DNA of 64,000 nt from Clostridiales bacterium (GTDB taxonomy: Bacteria; Bacillota; Clostridia; Monoglobales; JAIRYP01), in NCBI GenBank assembly GCA_031267755.1, contig JAIRYP010000011.1, forward strand, positions 128,761 to 192,760, in the 5' to 3' direction. Below the pieces are notes generated by a model. That model ran no database searches. It was not told where the DNA came from and saw only the letters and a program-made list of their open reading frames with translations. The position numbers and the translations under genes are program-made. Numbering within the stretch: position 1 is the stretch's first letter; each line of letters starts with the position of its first letter. Below, one piece after another: positions 11,181 to 21,447 of the stretch.

Positions 11181-11347
11181 CTTTTAAATTTCAAACTTTA
11201 AAAATTTAAAAAATTCGCTATAATGGTATAAGCACTTCTTACTTTTTGAATTAATATATTCGCATGTAATTTAATGTCTCGTTTCATAAATTTTATAGAC
11301 AAATTTTAATAATTTATATATTTTGAATAATTTCATACAGAGGATAT

Positions 11348-13978
11348 ATGGTTCCAATCAAGCTTAATGAAATACGCGAAGAGTATCTAAGATTTTTCGA
11401 AAAACGAGATCATTTGAAACTTGAATCATTTTCGCTTGTTCCAAAAAACGATGAAAGCATACTTATAATAAACTCAGGCATGGTTCCGTTTAAAAACTAT
11501 TTTGATGGCACCAAAAAACCTCCTCACGGAAGATTAACTACTTGCCAAAAGTGCGTAAGAACAATCGATATAGATAATGTTGGCAAAACTTCTCGTCATG
11601 CATCTTTTTTTGAAATGCTTGGCAATTTTTCTTTTGGTGACTATTTTAAAAAGGAAGCCATCGAATGGGCGTGGGAATTTGTTACTGAAACTTTAAAAAT
11701 TTCAAAAGATAAATTATGGGTAAGTGTTTATGAAGAAGACAAAGAAACTGTAAAAATATGGAAAACTTTAACCGATGTGCATGAGAAAAAAATTGTTTTT
11801 CTTGGTAAAAAAGATAATTTTTGGGAAATTGGAACGGGACCTTGTGGGCCATGCAGTGAAATTTATTTCGACAGAGGATTTCAATTCGGTTGCAAAAAAC
11901 AAAACTGTAAACCAGGATGTAATTGCGATAGATTTATTGAATTTTGGAATCTTGTATTTACTCAATTTGAAAAAAACAAATTTGGTGAGTATATAAAATT
12001 AAATAAACCAAATATCGATACTGGAATGGGACTTGAACGAATAGCATGCATAATACAAGGTAAGAACTCAATATTTGATATAAACGAAACTAAAAAAATC
12101 TTACTTGAAATATCAAATATAACCAAAATAAATTATGAAAAATCAGAAGAAAATGATATATCGCTCAGAATTATAACTGATCACATTAAAAGTTGTGTAT
12201 TTTTGGTCTCAGATTCAATTTTACCATCAAATGAAGGACGTGGCTATGTTTTGCGCCGTTTGATTAGGCGAGCCGAAAAAAATGGCATAATGCTTGGTCT
12301 TAATGAATCGTTTTTATATAAAATAGTCAATTGTGTGATTCAAGAATATTCTTTCACATACCCAGAATTACTTGAAAAAAAAGAATACATAAAAGAAATC
12401 ATAAAAGACGAAGAAGAAAAATTTTTTAAAACACTTGAAATAGGCATTGAAATACTAAAAAATAATATAGAAAGAGTCAAAAACGTAAATGAAGAAACTA
12501 TTTCGGCAGAAATTATTTTTAATTTATATGACACTTACGGTTTTCCTTTTGATTTAGCATGTGAAATTTTAGAAGAAAATGGAATCAAAACCGACAAAAC
12601 AAAATTTGATAGTTTAATGGAAAATCAAAAAAATTGTGCGAGGAGTGCAAAAAATAAAAAATTAAAATCTTTTGAGGATAAAAAAAACCTTAATTTAAAA
12701 GAAAAAACATTATTTGTTGGTTACGATAATTTTGAATGCGATTCTCAAATTCTGTCAATTTACAAAAATAGCGAAAACGTGAAAGAAGCGAAAGAAAACG
12801 ACAAGTTAAGCATAATTTTGAATAAGACAGTTTTTTATGCCGAAAGTGGCGGACAGGTTTCTGATTGTGGTTACTTGTTTTCACCAAATATTAAAATTAA
12901 AGTTTTAAATGTCATAAAACAAAATGAAATTTTTATTTTAGAAACAGAAATTGAAAAAGGAAAAATAAAAGTTGGCGATAAATTAAAATGTCAAATAAAC
13001 ATTAATAAAAGAAAAGAAATATCGAAAAATCATACATGTGTACATCTACTTCAAAGTTCTCTTATAAAAATTTTTGGAAATCAAATACAACAAAAAGGCT
13101 CATACGTTTCCGATGAAAAATTTCATTTTGATTTTTCATATTCAAAACCTATAAATCAAGAAGAGCTCGAAAAAATTGAAAAAGAAATAAATAATAAGAT
13201 ACTTGAAAATTTAGATGTTTACACAATAGAAACAGATAAAGAACTCGCAAAAAATATGGATGCAATCTCAATTTTCGACAAAAAATATAAAGAAAAAGTT
13301 CGAGTTGTAAAAATTGATGATTATAGCACAGAATTTTGTGGCGGCACTCACGTAAAAAAAACTGGAGAAATCGGGATATGTAAAATAATTTCACAACGTA
13401 GTGTATCGAACGGAGTTCGAAGAATTGAAGGAATAAGTGGACTTAGTGTACTCAATTTACTTTTGGTTAAAGAAGGAGTTATAAGCGAAATTTCCGAAAT
13501 TTTTAAAATTAAAGATAAAAAAAATATTATTAAAAAAATCCAAAATATTTCCGAAGAACTTAAAGAAAATAAAAAAGAAATAAAATTATTAAAAACTAAT
13601 TTACTTGAAAAATTATTTTTAGAATTATCAACTAAATTCGAATATATCAACAAAATAAAAACTTTTTTCTTGCAAATTAATAAAAAATATGATACAGAAC
13701 TTCTCAGAAATTTATGCGATTTACTTACAAAAAACTCAGACAAAGTTTTTGTAATTTTATCTGCAAAAACCGATAAAAATATAAATATAATATTATTAGC
13801 AATATCAAAAAATATGATAGATGTTGGCATAAGTTTAGAAAAAATTTCTGAAGATATTATTAAAATTACTAAAGGATCAGGTGGTGGAAAATCTGATTTT
13901 TTTCAAATAAATTACGGCGACGCTACAAAAATTCAAGAATCATTTGAAATAGTTAAAAAAATTCTTGAAAAGATTTAA
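11348..13978 (+). CDS. alaS: alanine--tRNA ligase
   Basis: 876 aa with class II core FEMLGNFSFGDYFK, editing-domain HTCVHLL and CGGTH motifs, and a DHHA1-like C-terminus. Confidence 0.97.
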   Translation: MVPIKLNEIREEYLRFFEKRDHLKLESFSLVPKNDESILIINSGMVPFKNYFDGTKKPPHGRLTTCQKCVRTIDIDNVGKTSRHASFFEMLGNFSFGDYFKKEAIEWAWEFVTETLKISKDKLWVSVYEEDKETVKIWKTLTDVHEKKIVFLGKKDNFWEIGTGPCGPCSEIYFDRGFQFGCKKQNCKPGCNCDRFIEFWNLVFTQFEKNKFGEYIKLNKPNIDTGMGLERIACIIQGKNSIFDINETKKILLEISNITKINYEKSEENDISLRIITDHIKSCVFLVSDSILPSNEGRGYVLRRLIRRAEKNGIMLGLNESFLYKIVNCVIQEYSFTYPELLEKKEYIKEIIKDEEEKFFKTLEIGIEILKNNIERVKNVNEETISAEIIFNLYDTYGFPFDLACEILEENGIKTDKTKFDSLMENQKNCARSAKNKKLKSFEDKKNLNLKEKTLFVGYDNFECDSQILSIYKNSENVKEAKENDKLSIILNKTVFYAESGGQVSDCGYLFSPNIKIKVLNVIKQNEIFILETEIEKGKIKVGDKLKCQININKRKEISKNHTCVHLLQSSLIKIFGNQIQQKGSYVSDEKFHFDFSYSKPINQEELEKIEKEINNKILENLDVYTIETDKELAKNMDAISIFDKKYKEKVRVVKIDDYSTEFCGGTHVKKTGEIGICKIISQRSVSNGVRRIEGISGLSVLNLLLVKEGVISEISEIFKIKDKKNIIKKIQNISEELKENKKEIKLLKTNLLEKLFLELSTKFEYINKIKTFFLQINKKYDTELLRNLCDLLTKNSDKVFVILSAKTDKNINIILLAISKNMIDVGISLEKISEDIIKITKGSGGGKSDFFQINYGDATKIQESFEIVKKILEKI

Positions 13979-14029
13979 TTAATTTTTTATATTAACTAAA
14001 TTAATTACTATTCAACTCTAGGAGAAAGA

Positions 14030-14374
14030 ATGAATAAATGTATTTTTTGTTCAATAATAAAAAAGGAAATTAATGCAAGTATAGTATATGAAAATTCTAA
14101 AGTTCTTGCTTTTAACGACATCTCCCCAATCTCCCCTAAACATATAATTATAATACCTAAGATTCATATAAAATCAACAAATGAAATTGATCAAGAAAAT
14201 TGTCATGTTATATCAGAAATATTCGAAATTATACCAACGATTGCCAAAAAAAATGGTTTTTATAATAATGGTTACAGAATAGTCAATAATTGTGGGAACG
14301 ACGGAGGACAGACCGTTGAACATTTACATTTTCATTTGCTAGGAGGTAGATCTTTCAAATGGCCACCCGGTTAG
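14030..14374 (+). CDS. HIT-family (histidine triad) nucleotide hydrolase
   Basis: 114 aa with the N-terminal CIFCSII motif and the histidine triad HLHFHLLGG. Confidence 0.9.
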   Translation: MNKCIFCSIIKKEINASIVYENSKVLAFNDISPISPKHIIIIPKIHIKSTNEIDQENCHVISEIFEIIPTIAKKNGFYNNGYRIVNNCGNDGGQTVEHLHFHLLGGRSFKWPPG

Positions 14375-14441
14375 ATTAAATTTTTTGTTTAATTTTATTT
14401 ACGAAGTGCTGAAATGACTAAATATTTACATACATCTATAA

Positions 14442-14517
14442 GCCTCCTTAGCTCAGTTGGTAGAGCATTCGACTCTTAATCGACAGGTCTGCGGTTCAAA
14501 CCCGCAAGGGGGCACCA
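14442..14517 (+). tRNA. tRNA-Lys (anticodon CTT), CCA encoded
   Basis: Cloverleaf folded by hand. Acceptor stem GCCTCCT/AGGGGGC, D arm GCTC-AGTTGGTA-GAGC, anticodon arm TTCGA-CTCTTAA-TCGAC (4 bp plus one mismatch, anticodon CTT), variable loop AGGTC, T arm TGCGG-TTCAAAC-CCGCA, discriminator A and CCA. Confidence 0.9.
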
Positions 14518-14538
14518 TAAAAATCGTCAGAGGGAAAA

Positions 14539-15321
14539 TTGTTTGACACTTTGTATGTACAAAATAAATGCAATAAAGAAAATTTATTAATTGGAAGAGA
14601 AATGCATTTTTTTGAAATAATTGATACAACGCAGGATTATTTAAAAAAAAATCATAATCATTTCGCTGAAGGTTTAACTGTTATAGCCTCAAATATGACA
14701 AAAGGAAAAGGAAGAAAAAATAAAAATTTTTTCTCTCCCGAAAAAGGTTTATATATGAGCGTGTTGTTAAAACCAAAAAACGTGAAAAATTTAAATTTTA
14801 TTGTAATTTATGCAAGTGTGGCTGTTTGTGAAGCAATTTACGAAACATATGGAATTGAAGTGGATATTAAATGGGTAAATGACATATTTTGTTTTGGAAA
14901 AAAAATTTGTGGAATACTTGTTGAAAGCATTTTTAAAAATGAAAAGGAAGTTTCTGCAATCGTAGGTTTTGGCATAAACACAAATTCAGACTTGAAAAAT
15001 TTTCCGTCAGAAATAAAAGATAAAGTTTCAACACTGTTTGAGTGCACCGGCATAAGAATTAAAAATGAAGAAATCGCATTTCGTGTATTAAAAAATTTTA
15101 ATAAAATATATGCCTATTATAAAAAAAATAAAAATAAAGATATATTAACAAAATACAAAAAAAGAAATTTTATTCTTAAAAAAAATATAAAAGTTATCGA
15201 AAATGAAAATTCTTACATAGCAAAAGCTGTTGATTTAGATGAATTTGGTAGACTTGTTATCATGAAAGGAAAAGAAATCAAAATTTTAGATTCGGAAGAA
15301 GTAAGTCTTGACATTATCTAA
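14539..15321 (+). CDS. birA: biotin--[acetyl-CoA-carboxylase] ligase (class I, no N-terminal HTH)
   Basis: 260 aa with the biotin-binding loop GKGRKNKNFFSPEKGLYMSVLL and KWVNDIF.GKKICGILVE. It is too short to carry a repressor domain. The start may be the internal Met at about 14602. Confidence 0.8.
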   Translation: MFDTLYVQNKCNKENLLIGREMHFFEIIDTTQDYLKKNHNHFAEGLTVIASNMTKGKGRKNKNFFSPEKGLYMSVLLKPKNVKNLNFIVIYASVAVCEAIYETYGIEVDIKWVNDIFCFGKKICGILVESIFKNEKEVSAIVGFGINTNSDLKNFPSEIKDKVSTLFECTGIRIKNEEIAFRVLKNFNKIYAYYKKNKNKDILTKYKKRNFILKKNIKVIENENSYIAKAVDLDEFGRLVIMKGKEIKILDSEEVSLDII

Positions 15322-15571
15322 ATTTTTTTGAATTTTTAAATAATTTGTTTTTTAAAATTTAATAACCCAAATTAAACGTACTAAAAATTCTAAATTATTT
15401 AACAAAATTTTTCAATAAATCTAACATTCAAACAACATGTTCTGTTTTGTTAAAATCGTTTGTAAAAAATAAATTTTAAATCAATTAAAAAAATATAAAA
15501 TTCAAACCTACTGCTGAATCAAAAATGATTTTTTTACAATAATAAAAAAAAATAAGTTAGCCAGGGGTACT

Positions 15572-16162
15572 ATGATGAGATTTTTATTTATTTTTTTATT
15601 GATAATAAATTTGTGTAGCTGCAAAGAAACTAAAGATTACAACAATAACACTTACAAAAACGAAACATTTAAAGATGATGAAAGATATAAAAGGTCTGGC
15701 CTAGAAAGAATGTCAGGTGACGAAATAAGCAATCTTGAAGAAACTGCATATATGATGCATCGTACCGAAGATAAAAAGGCTGCAAAACACGTTATGACAA
15801 CTCCACAAGGCGACTCGCCCACACTTTGGTCATTAGCGCAAATAAAACTTTTCATGGAAAATCACAATATCGGAAATTATACTGAATTATATTACACACT
15901 GAAAGGTTATAAAGTAAAAAAAGGAACACGAGAACACGATGGAAGTGGCGAAGCAGGAGCATCAATATTTAAAAATAATTATGACTATATAAAAGCAAAA
16001 TATGAATTAATTATAGAAAATTGGGACGTCCTTCGCGAAAATATTCCAGGAATACATTTAAACTCCGAAGAAGCTGAAAAAGTTATTGAATTTGCTTTTT
16101 GCACTAGTGAAGAGTTTTATAATAAATATCCCGAAAGTTTATCAGGATCTCCTGTTGAGTAG
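15572..16162 (+). CDS. hypothetical lipoprotein
   Basis: 196 aa with the signal peptide plus lipobox MMRFLFIFLLIINLCS-C and a GGGG-containing RBS region upstream. I recognise no family. Confidence 0.6.
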   Translation: MMRFLFIFLLIINLCSCKETKDYNNNTYKNETFKDDERYKRSGLERMSGDEISNLEETAYMMHRTEDKKAAKHVMTTPQGDSPTLWSLAQIKLFMENHNIGNYTELYYTLKGYKVKKGTREHDGSGEAGASIFKNNYDYIKAKYELIIENWDVLRENIPGIHLNSEEAEKVIEFAFCTSEEFYNKYPESLSGSPVE

Positions 16163-16268
16163 TTAATTTTTAATTTTTTGGATTACAAACATTTAAAATT
16201 AAAACAACATATAAATAATTAAAAACATAAATTCTTATATGAAATTTGCTTTTTTAAAATTACTTTTA

Positions 16269-16297
16269 TTTGACATCAAAAAATAATTTCTGCATAA
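16269..16297 (+). promoter_or_regulatory. sigma-A-type promoter candidate for the infC-rpmI-rplT operon
   Basis: TTGACA (16269-16274), a 17-nt spacer, then CATAAT (16292-16297) with TG immediately upstream. It sits about 105 nt upstream of the proposed infC start. AT-rich DNA yields many -10-like hexamers, but an exact TTGACA is rarer. Confidence 0.35.
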
Positions 16298-16401
16298 TAA
16301 ATTTAATTCTCAATTTTTATAATATTTTAAAAATATTAATGTAAAAAATTTAAAAATAATTTTTTAATTTTGAAAATCGTAGATTTAGGGGGCATAAGTT
16401 C

Positions 16402-16941
16402 ATAAGTAAAAAAGATTTAGAAATAAATGAAAATATTAAAGATAAAGAAATTAGATTACTCGATACAGATGGTTCTCAGCTTGGAATAATACAAAGAACA
16501 ATAGCAATGGAAATGGCCTATGGGAAAAATTTAGATCTTGTTAAAATTTCTCCAACGGCAAGTCCTCCTGTGTGTAAAATAATGAACTATGGAAAATATA
16601 AATTTGAAGCAATTAAAAAAGATAAGGAACATAAAAAGAGACAAAAAAGCGAAAATATTAAAGAAATAAGAATTACACAGAATATTGGCGAACATGATCT
16701 TAATACTAAAATTGAAAACATAATAAAATTCTTAAAAATGGGATATAAGGTAAAAATCACCATAAGATTTAGGGGACGCGAAATTACTCATTCGTCCATA
16801 GGCATATCGCTCATTGAAGAAATTTCGAAAAAAGTTTTAGAATATGGTTCGCCCGAAAAAAATCCCAAACTTGAAGGTAAATTCCTTTCAGTGGTAATTG
16901 GTTCGAAGAAAAATTTATCCGCAACTGAACAGCCTCAATAG
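16402..16941 (+). CDS. infC: translation initiation factor IF-3, with a non-AUG (ATA) start
   Basis: The ORF track starts at an internal Met (16507), but the frame is open back to 16360. The upstream residues [39 protein letters not shown] are the conserved IF-3 N-domain. AGGGGG (16387-16392) sits 9 nt before the in-frame ATA at 16402. Confidence 0.85.
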   Translation: MSKKDLEINENIKDKEIRLLDTDGSQLGIIQRTIAMEMAYGKNLDLVKISPTASPPVCKIMNYGKYKFEAIKKDKEHKKRQKSENIKEIRITQNIGEHDLNTKIENIIKFLKMGYKVKITIRFRGREITHSSIGISLIEEISKKVLEYGSPEKNPKLEGKFLSVVIGSKKNLSATEQPQ

Positions 16942-16966
16942 AATCAAAAATATAAGGGGAAAAGCA

Positions 16967-17164
16967 ATGCCAAAATTAAAGACTCATAAAGGCGCATCAA
17001 AACGCTTTAGTTTTACAAAAAATGGAAAAATAAAAAGTACTAAAGCTTTTAGAAGGCACATTCTAAACAAAAAAACAACAAAAAGAAAAAGACATTTAAG
17101 AAAAATTGCTTATTTAGATTGTTCTAGTGTAAAAACTATAAAAAAAATGCTTCCGTATGCATAA
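16967..17164 (+). CDS. rpmI: 50S ribosomal protein L35
   Basis: [14 protein letters not shown]... (65 aa) starts at the ATG at 16967, preceded by AAGGGGA. The track's longer 88-aa version starts upstream inside infC. Confidence 0.9.
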   Translation: MPKLKTHKGASKRFSFTKNGKIKSTKAFRRHILNKKTTKRKRHLRKIAYLDCSSVKTIKKMLPYA

Positions 17165-17192
17165 AATATTTTTAAAAAATTAAGGAGGAAAA

Positions 17193-17546
17193 ATGTCCAG
17201 AATAAAAGGGGCGGTAAAAACTCGAGCAAGACATAAAAAAATTCTAAAACTCGCAAAAGGTTATAGAGGAGCAAAAAGCAAACTTTTTAGAACTGCAAAA
17301 CAAGCTGTCATGAAATCATTAGCCTATGCATATCGAGACCGAAGACAAAAGAAAAGAAATTTTCGAAGACTTTGGATTTTAAGGATTAACGCAGCTGCAA
17401 GATCAAATGGAATCACTTACAGTAAATTTATGAATGGACTTAGAAAAAATAAAATCACAGTCAACCGAAAAATGCTCTCAGAAATTGCAATCTCGGATCC
17501 AAATGCTTTTAAATTTCTAGTCGAAGAATCTAAAAAAATCGCATAA
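17193..17546 (+). CDS. rplT: 50S ribosomal protein L20
   Basis: 117 aa beginning [27 protein letters not shown], with an AAGGAGG RBS upstream. Confidence 0.95.
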   Translation: MSRIKGAVKTRARHKKILKLAKGYRGAKSKLFRTAKQAVMKSLAYAYRDRRQKKRNFRRLWILRINAAARSNGITYSKFMNGLRKNKITVNRKMLSEIAISDPNAFKFLVEESKKIA

Positions 17547-17618
17547 CAAAATTGAGTTTATATTTTAATTGCTATTTTTTAACTAACTGTTTATTTTTAT
17601 TTTAAACTTGGATTTCAA

Positions 17619-19385
17619 ATGAATGAAGTATTAGAAGAAATTTTATTTTTAAGAAACGAAATAAAAAAAAATAACCATCTTTATTATAATTTAGATGATC
17701 CTGTTATAAGCGATTTTGAATACGATGAACTCATGAGGCGTCTTGAATTTTTGGAATTGCAAAATCCAGACTTTATGAAAAACAACTCACCGTCACAAAT
17801 CGTCGGAGGCAAAGCACTTAAAACATTCAAAAAAATTGACCATAAAGAATCAATGGAAAGTTTAAGTAACGTTTTTTCTAAAGAAGAATTTCTTAATTTT
17901 GATTCAAAAATCAAAAAAACATTAAATCAAAAAAAATATAATGAAGAAATAGAGTATGTTTTAGAAACAAAAATAGATGGTCTTTCAGTTTCGATTGAAT
18001 ATGAAACTGGAGAAATTGTACGTGGTTCAACAAGAGGCGATGGGAAAATTGGAGAAGACGTAACTGAAAATTTAAAAACAATAAGAACTCTACCACAAAA
18101 CGTAAAAACATCACTTGATTACTTCGAAGTTAGAGGTGAGGTTTTTATGTCCAAAGAAAATTTTACAAAGTTGAATCAAGAAAGAAAAATCCAAGGAGAA
18201 AAAGAATTTTCAAATCCAAGAAATGCTGCAGCGGGTTCTCTTAGACAATTAGATTGCAATATTACAAAATATAGAAACTTAGATATACTAATATTTAATT
18301 TACAAAAGATCGTTGGCATAGAATTTGAAACACACACCGAATCACTTAAATTTCTTAATGATATTGGTTTCAATGCAAGCCCAATTATTTACAAATCAAG
18401 TAATATTGAAAATATATTTTTGCATATTGAAAAACTTGAACAAGAAAAGGAAAAATATTTACATCAAATTGATGGTGCAGTAGTAAAAGTCAACAATTTA
18501 AATCTTCGAAAAATTCTCGGTAGCACATCAAAAAGTCCAAGATGGGCAATAGCTTATAAATTTTCTGCTGAAAAAAAGGAAACAAAAATAGAAGACATTG
18601 TAACTCAAATTGGAAGAAGTGGTGCAATAACTCCAATTGCAATATTGAAACCTGTAGATCTAGGCGGAACAACGGTAACTAAAACAACGCTTCACAATAT
18701 TGATAACATCAAAAACAAAGACATTCGAATTGGAGACTATGTTTTAGTTCAAAAATCAGGAGATATAATACCTGAAATAATTTGTTCTTTTAAAGAAAAA
18801 CGACTCGGAAATGAAAAAATATTTGTTATGCCAAAAAAATGTCCCGCTTGCAATACCGATCTCAAAAAAGAAAAAAATGAAATTATAATAAAATGTACAA
18901 ATTTATTTTGCCGTGCGAAAAGTCATAAAAGTATCATACATTTTGTGTCAAGACATGCTATGGAAATTAATGGACTCGGAGTTTCTGTAATCGCTCAATT
19001 ACTTGAATGTAAAATGATTGAAGACTTTGCAGATATTTATTATTTAAAATATGAAAAACTAATAAACCTTGCAAGATTTGGCGATAAATCTGCGAAAAAA
19101 TTATTGGAATCAATTTATGAATCTAGAAAAAGAAGTTTGGAAAGACTCTTATATGGACTTGGAATACCGTTAATTGGTTTAAATGCTGCAAAAATAATAT
19201 CGAAAAAATTTTCAAATATGAAAAATATTATGAATAGTTCAATTGAAGATTTTTTAAACATTCCTGAAATCGGAGAAAAAATGGCAAAAAACATATTTAT
19301 ATATTTTAAAAACAATAAATCTCAAGAATTAATCAAAAAATTGGAATCTGCAAACATAAACATGAATTATTATATTGATGAATAA
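17619..19385 (+). CDS. ligA: NAD-dependent DNA ligase LigA (short form, no BRCT domain)
   Basis: 588 aa with the adenylation motif KIDGLS, an OB fold, a Cys4 zinc finger (CPACNT...CTNLFC) and HhH repeats (LYGLGIPLIGLNAAKII, IPEIGEKMAKNI). The protein ends directly after the HhH region. Confidence 0.95.
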   Translation: MNEVLEEILFLRNEIKKNNHLYYNLDDPVISDFEYDELMRRLEFLELQNPDFMKNNSPSQIVGGKALKTFKKIDHKESMESLSNVFSKEEFLNFDSKIKKTLNQKKYNEEIEYVLETKIDGLSVSIEYETGEIVRGSTRGDGKIGEDVTENLKTIRTLPQNVKTSLDYFEVRGEVFMSKENFTKLNQERKIQGEKEFSNPRNAAAGSLRQLDCNITKYRNLDILIFNLQKIVGIEFETHTESLKFLNDIGFNASPIIYKSSNIENIFLHIEKLEQEKEKYLHQIDGAVVKVNNLNLRKILGSTSKSPRWAIAYKFSAEKKETKIEDIVTQIGRSGAITPIAILKPVDLGGTTVTKTTLHNIDNIKNKDIRIGDYVLVQKSGDIIPEIICSFKEKRLGNEKIFVMPKKCPACNTDLKKEKNEIIIKCTNLFCRAKSHKSIIHFVSRHAMEINGLGVSVIAQLLECKMIEDFADIYYLKYEKLINLARFGDKSAKKLLESIYESRKRSLERLLYGLGIPLIGLNAAKIISKKFSNMKNIMNSSIEDFLNIPEIGEKMAKNIFIYFKNNKSQELIKKLESANINMNYYIDE

Positions 19386-19492
19386 TTCACAATATTATTA
19401 ACAAAATATAATTTTTTAAGTAAAAACATTGACTAAAATCAAAAAATATTTAAAATTTTTTTACATTAAAAATAACGAGGAGGAAAAAATCA

Positions 19493-21421
19493 ATGTTTTG
19501 TGTTGCTAAAAGTCCTTATTTTAACAAACTAGTAAAAAAACAAACTAAAGATATTTTCACCAACATTATTTCATCAAAACTAAATGATGATCAAAAAATA
19601 ATTTTAAAAAAAAGTCAAGAATTAGGTGGACCGAATTATGAAGCTCTTCAAATTATAAAAATTCTTGCTACAGTTATGGAAGAAAAACGTTTAATTATTT
19701 TTGAAACAGATGTTGATATCCATAATTATAAATTTTTTTTTGAAAGATTTTTAAATTACCTAGCCCAAACAGATACTTTTAAAAAAATATTTTTAAAAGA
19801 AAATTTTATTAAAGAATGTTCAAAAAATGATTTTGATTTTCTTTGTAATATTTTTATATATTTTTTTGCTCCGGCTGCATTCGAAGAAAACTGTGGACGT
19901 AAATTAGAAATAGTTATAGAAAAAGCAATTCCAATATTTTTAGAATTACATAAACAAAAAATTCCACATTCACTTAATGAATATAGATTTATAATCTCCA
20001 AATACATATTATATTTTCCTTTAAAAATGCAAAAAAAAATTATTGAATTTTTAGTTAAATATGACCCAAAGATTCTAGACGAATTTCGCGACGAATTTCC
20101 CGAAGAAAAAACAAAACTAATTCTTTTAGCAAAACTTGCTAATGAAAATGAAAAAGTAAGTGATTTAATTGTTAGAATGTCTTGTGAACTATCAATCAAC
20201 GCCACAACTTTTTTGTTTTTTGTAAAACTAGAAATGAAAAAAATAGATTTAGAAAATATAGATTATTTTAATTTTATTGAAACTGGATGGTATGAAATAT
20301 TTGATAAATGGAAAGGATTTGAACAAGCTTTAGTCATACTTTTAAAAACAAAGCTTGAAAAAAAAGTTATATCAAAATATGATCCAAAATGTCTTCAAAA
20401 TTTATATGACAAAATTTTACGTAATGTTCAAAACAATAATTCAACAACACTCGAAGAAGATGAAGAAGATTTAGAAGAGAAGGATTTAAAAAAGATAGCA
20501 GAAAGAATTTTTATTCTTTTTTGTTGTGGAAAAATAACTCGTGGTCAAGCTTTAAAATTGAGCCAAAACAAATTTAATTCTGTAGATAATATTCCATTTA
20601 TTGAAAAAAGAGGAATTTCTTTTTCCGCAAAATTTAATGATCATAATATCATAAAGGAAGATGAATTTCAAGTTGAAGAAATTCCAATTTTTGGAATATA
20701 TCCTTTAACGGGCACAGAAAAATCACTTAAAAAAACTAAAGAAGAAAACGAAGCAATATTAAAATCTAAACAAAAACCCGATCAAACATCGAATAAATCA
20801 CAAACTATAGGTATTAAAAATGAATCTTTAGAAAAAATAGAAACAGAACTTACTTCCAGACAACTTGCGGCAAATTTTGTTTATACAAAAAAATTAAAAA
20901 CAAAAATTAAAAAAGATTTGGAAAATTTGAGTGAAAAAAAACTTTTTTCTGATGAACATATTATTCCAAAAGTTAAAGAAATAAATGATGTAATCGAAAT
21001 AATAGGACTTTCCATTTTTATAGCGTACCTTCCAGATGAAAAAATATCAAGAAGAGATTCTAAAAATATTCATGACTTACTTATGAATGCAAGTAAAAAT
21101 TACTTTTCAAAAAATCGACAAGAACTTTCAGAATGGAAAGAAAAAATATTAGAAATTATAAAAAACCCGGATTCAGAAGCAACTGAAATTAAGAAAAAAT
21201 TAATCGAAATTCACTCTCATTATTTACAAAAAATAAATCCTAATATTCATATTTTCATAATTTTCCGATGGGCCGTAATACTAGCAGATTCTTTATTAGA
21301 TTTTTTAAAGGGACTTCAAACGCGTGAGCAAATATTTAACAAAACAGAATTTAAAAATTTAACTCCATTTCTAAAAAAAGATTCAAATGAACGCGATATT
21401 TTCGATCCTGTTTTAAATTGA
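19493..21421 (+). CDS. hypothetical protein, large paralog family C, member 1
   Basis: 642-aa ORF with an AGGAGG RBS. It shares blocks with 23376-25499: IIKEDEFQVEEIPIFGIYPLTGTEKS versus IIKEDEILEEETQVFGVYPTSGTTRS, and ILFCCGKITRGQALKL versus LLFISGKISEEKILEI. It has no signal peptide and no recognisable domain. Confidence 0.7.
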   Translation: MFCVAKSPYFNKLVKKQTKDIFTNIISSKLNDDQKIILKKSQELGGPNYEALQIIKILATVMEEKRLIIFETDVDIHNYKFFFERFLNYLAQTDTFKKIFLKENFIKECSKNDFDFLCNIFIYFFAPAAFEENCGRKLEIVIEKAIPIFLELHKQKIPHSLNEYRFIISKYILYFPLKMQKKIIEFLVKYDPKILDEFRDEFPEEKTKLILLAKLANENEKVSDLIVRMSCELSINATTFLFFVKLEMKKIDLENIDYFNFIETGWYEIFDKWKGFEQALVILLKTKLEKKVISKYDPKCLQNLYDKILRNVQNNNSTTLEEDEEDLEEKDLKKIAERIFILFCCGKITRGQALKLSQNKFNSVDNIPFIEKRGISFSAKFNDHNIIKEDEFQVEEIPIFGIYPLTGTEKSLKKTKEENEAILKSKQKPDQTSNKSQTIGIKNESLEKIETELTSRQLAANFVYTKKLKTKIKKDLENLSEKKLFSDEHIIPKVKEINDVIEIIGLSIFIAYLPDEKISRRDSKNIHDLLMNASKNYFSKNRQELSEWKEKILEIIKNPDSEATEIKKKLIEIHSHYLQKINPNIHIFIIFRWAVILADSLLDFLKGLQTREQIFNKTEFKNLTPFLKKDSNERDIFDPVLN

Positions 21422-21447
21422 CAAAATTAAAATTAATTTAATGTGAG

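Noticed and set aside
13348-13830. 160-aa minus-strand ORF inside alaS, with similar antisense ORFs at 19756-20205, 31639-32046 and 40819-41232
   Set aside because: They lie antisense to well-supported genes, have low-complexity Ser/Phe/Ile-rich translations typical of AT-rich shadow frames, and have no RBS.
14375-14538. tRNA-Lys as an integration site for a mobile element or genomic island
   Set aside because: There is no integrase, no direct repeat of the tRNA 3' end, and the flanking genes (a HIT protein and birA) are ordinary core genes.
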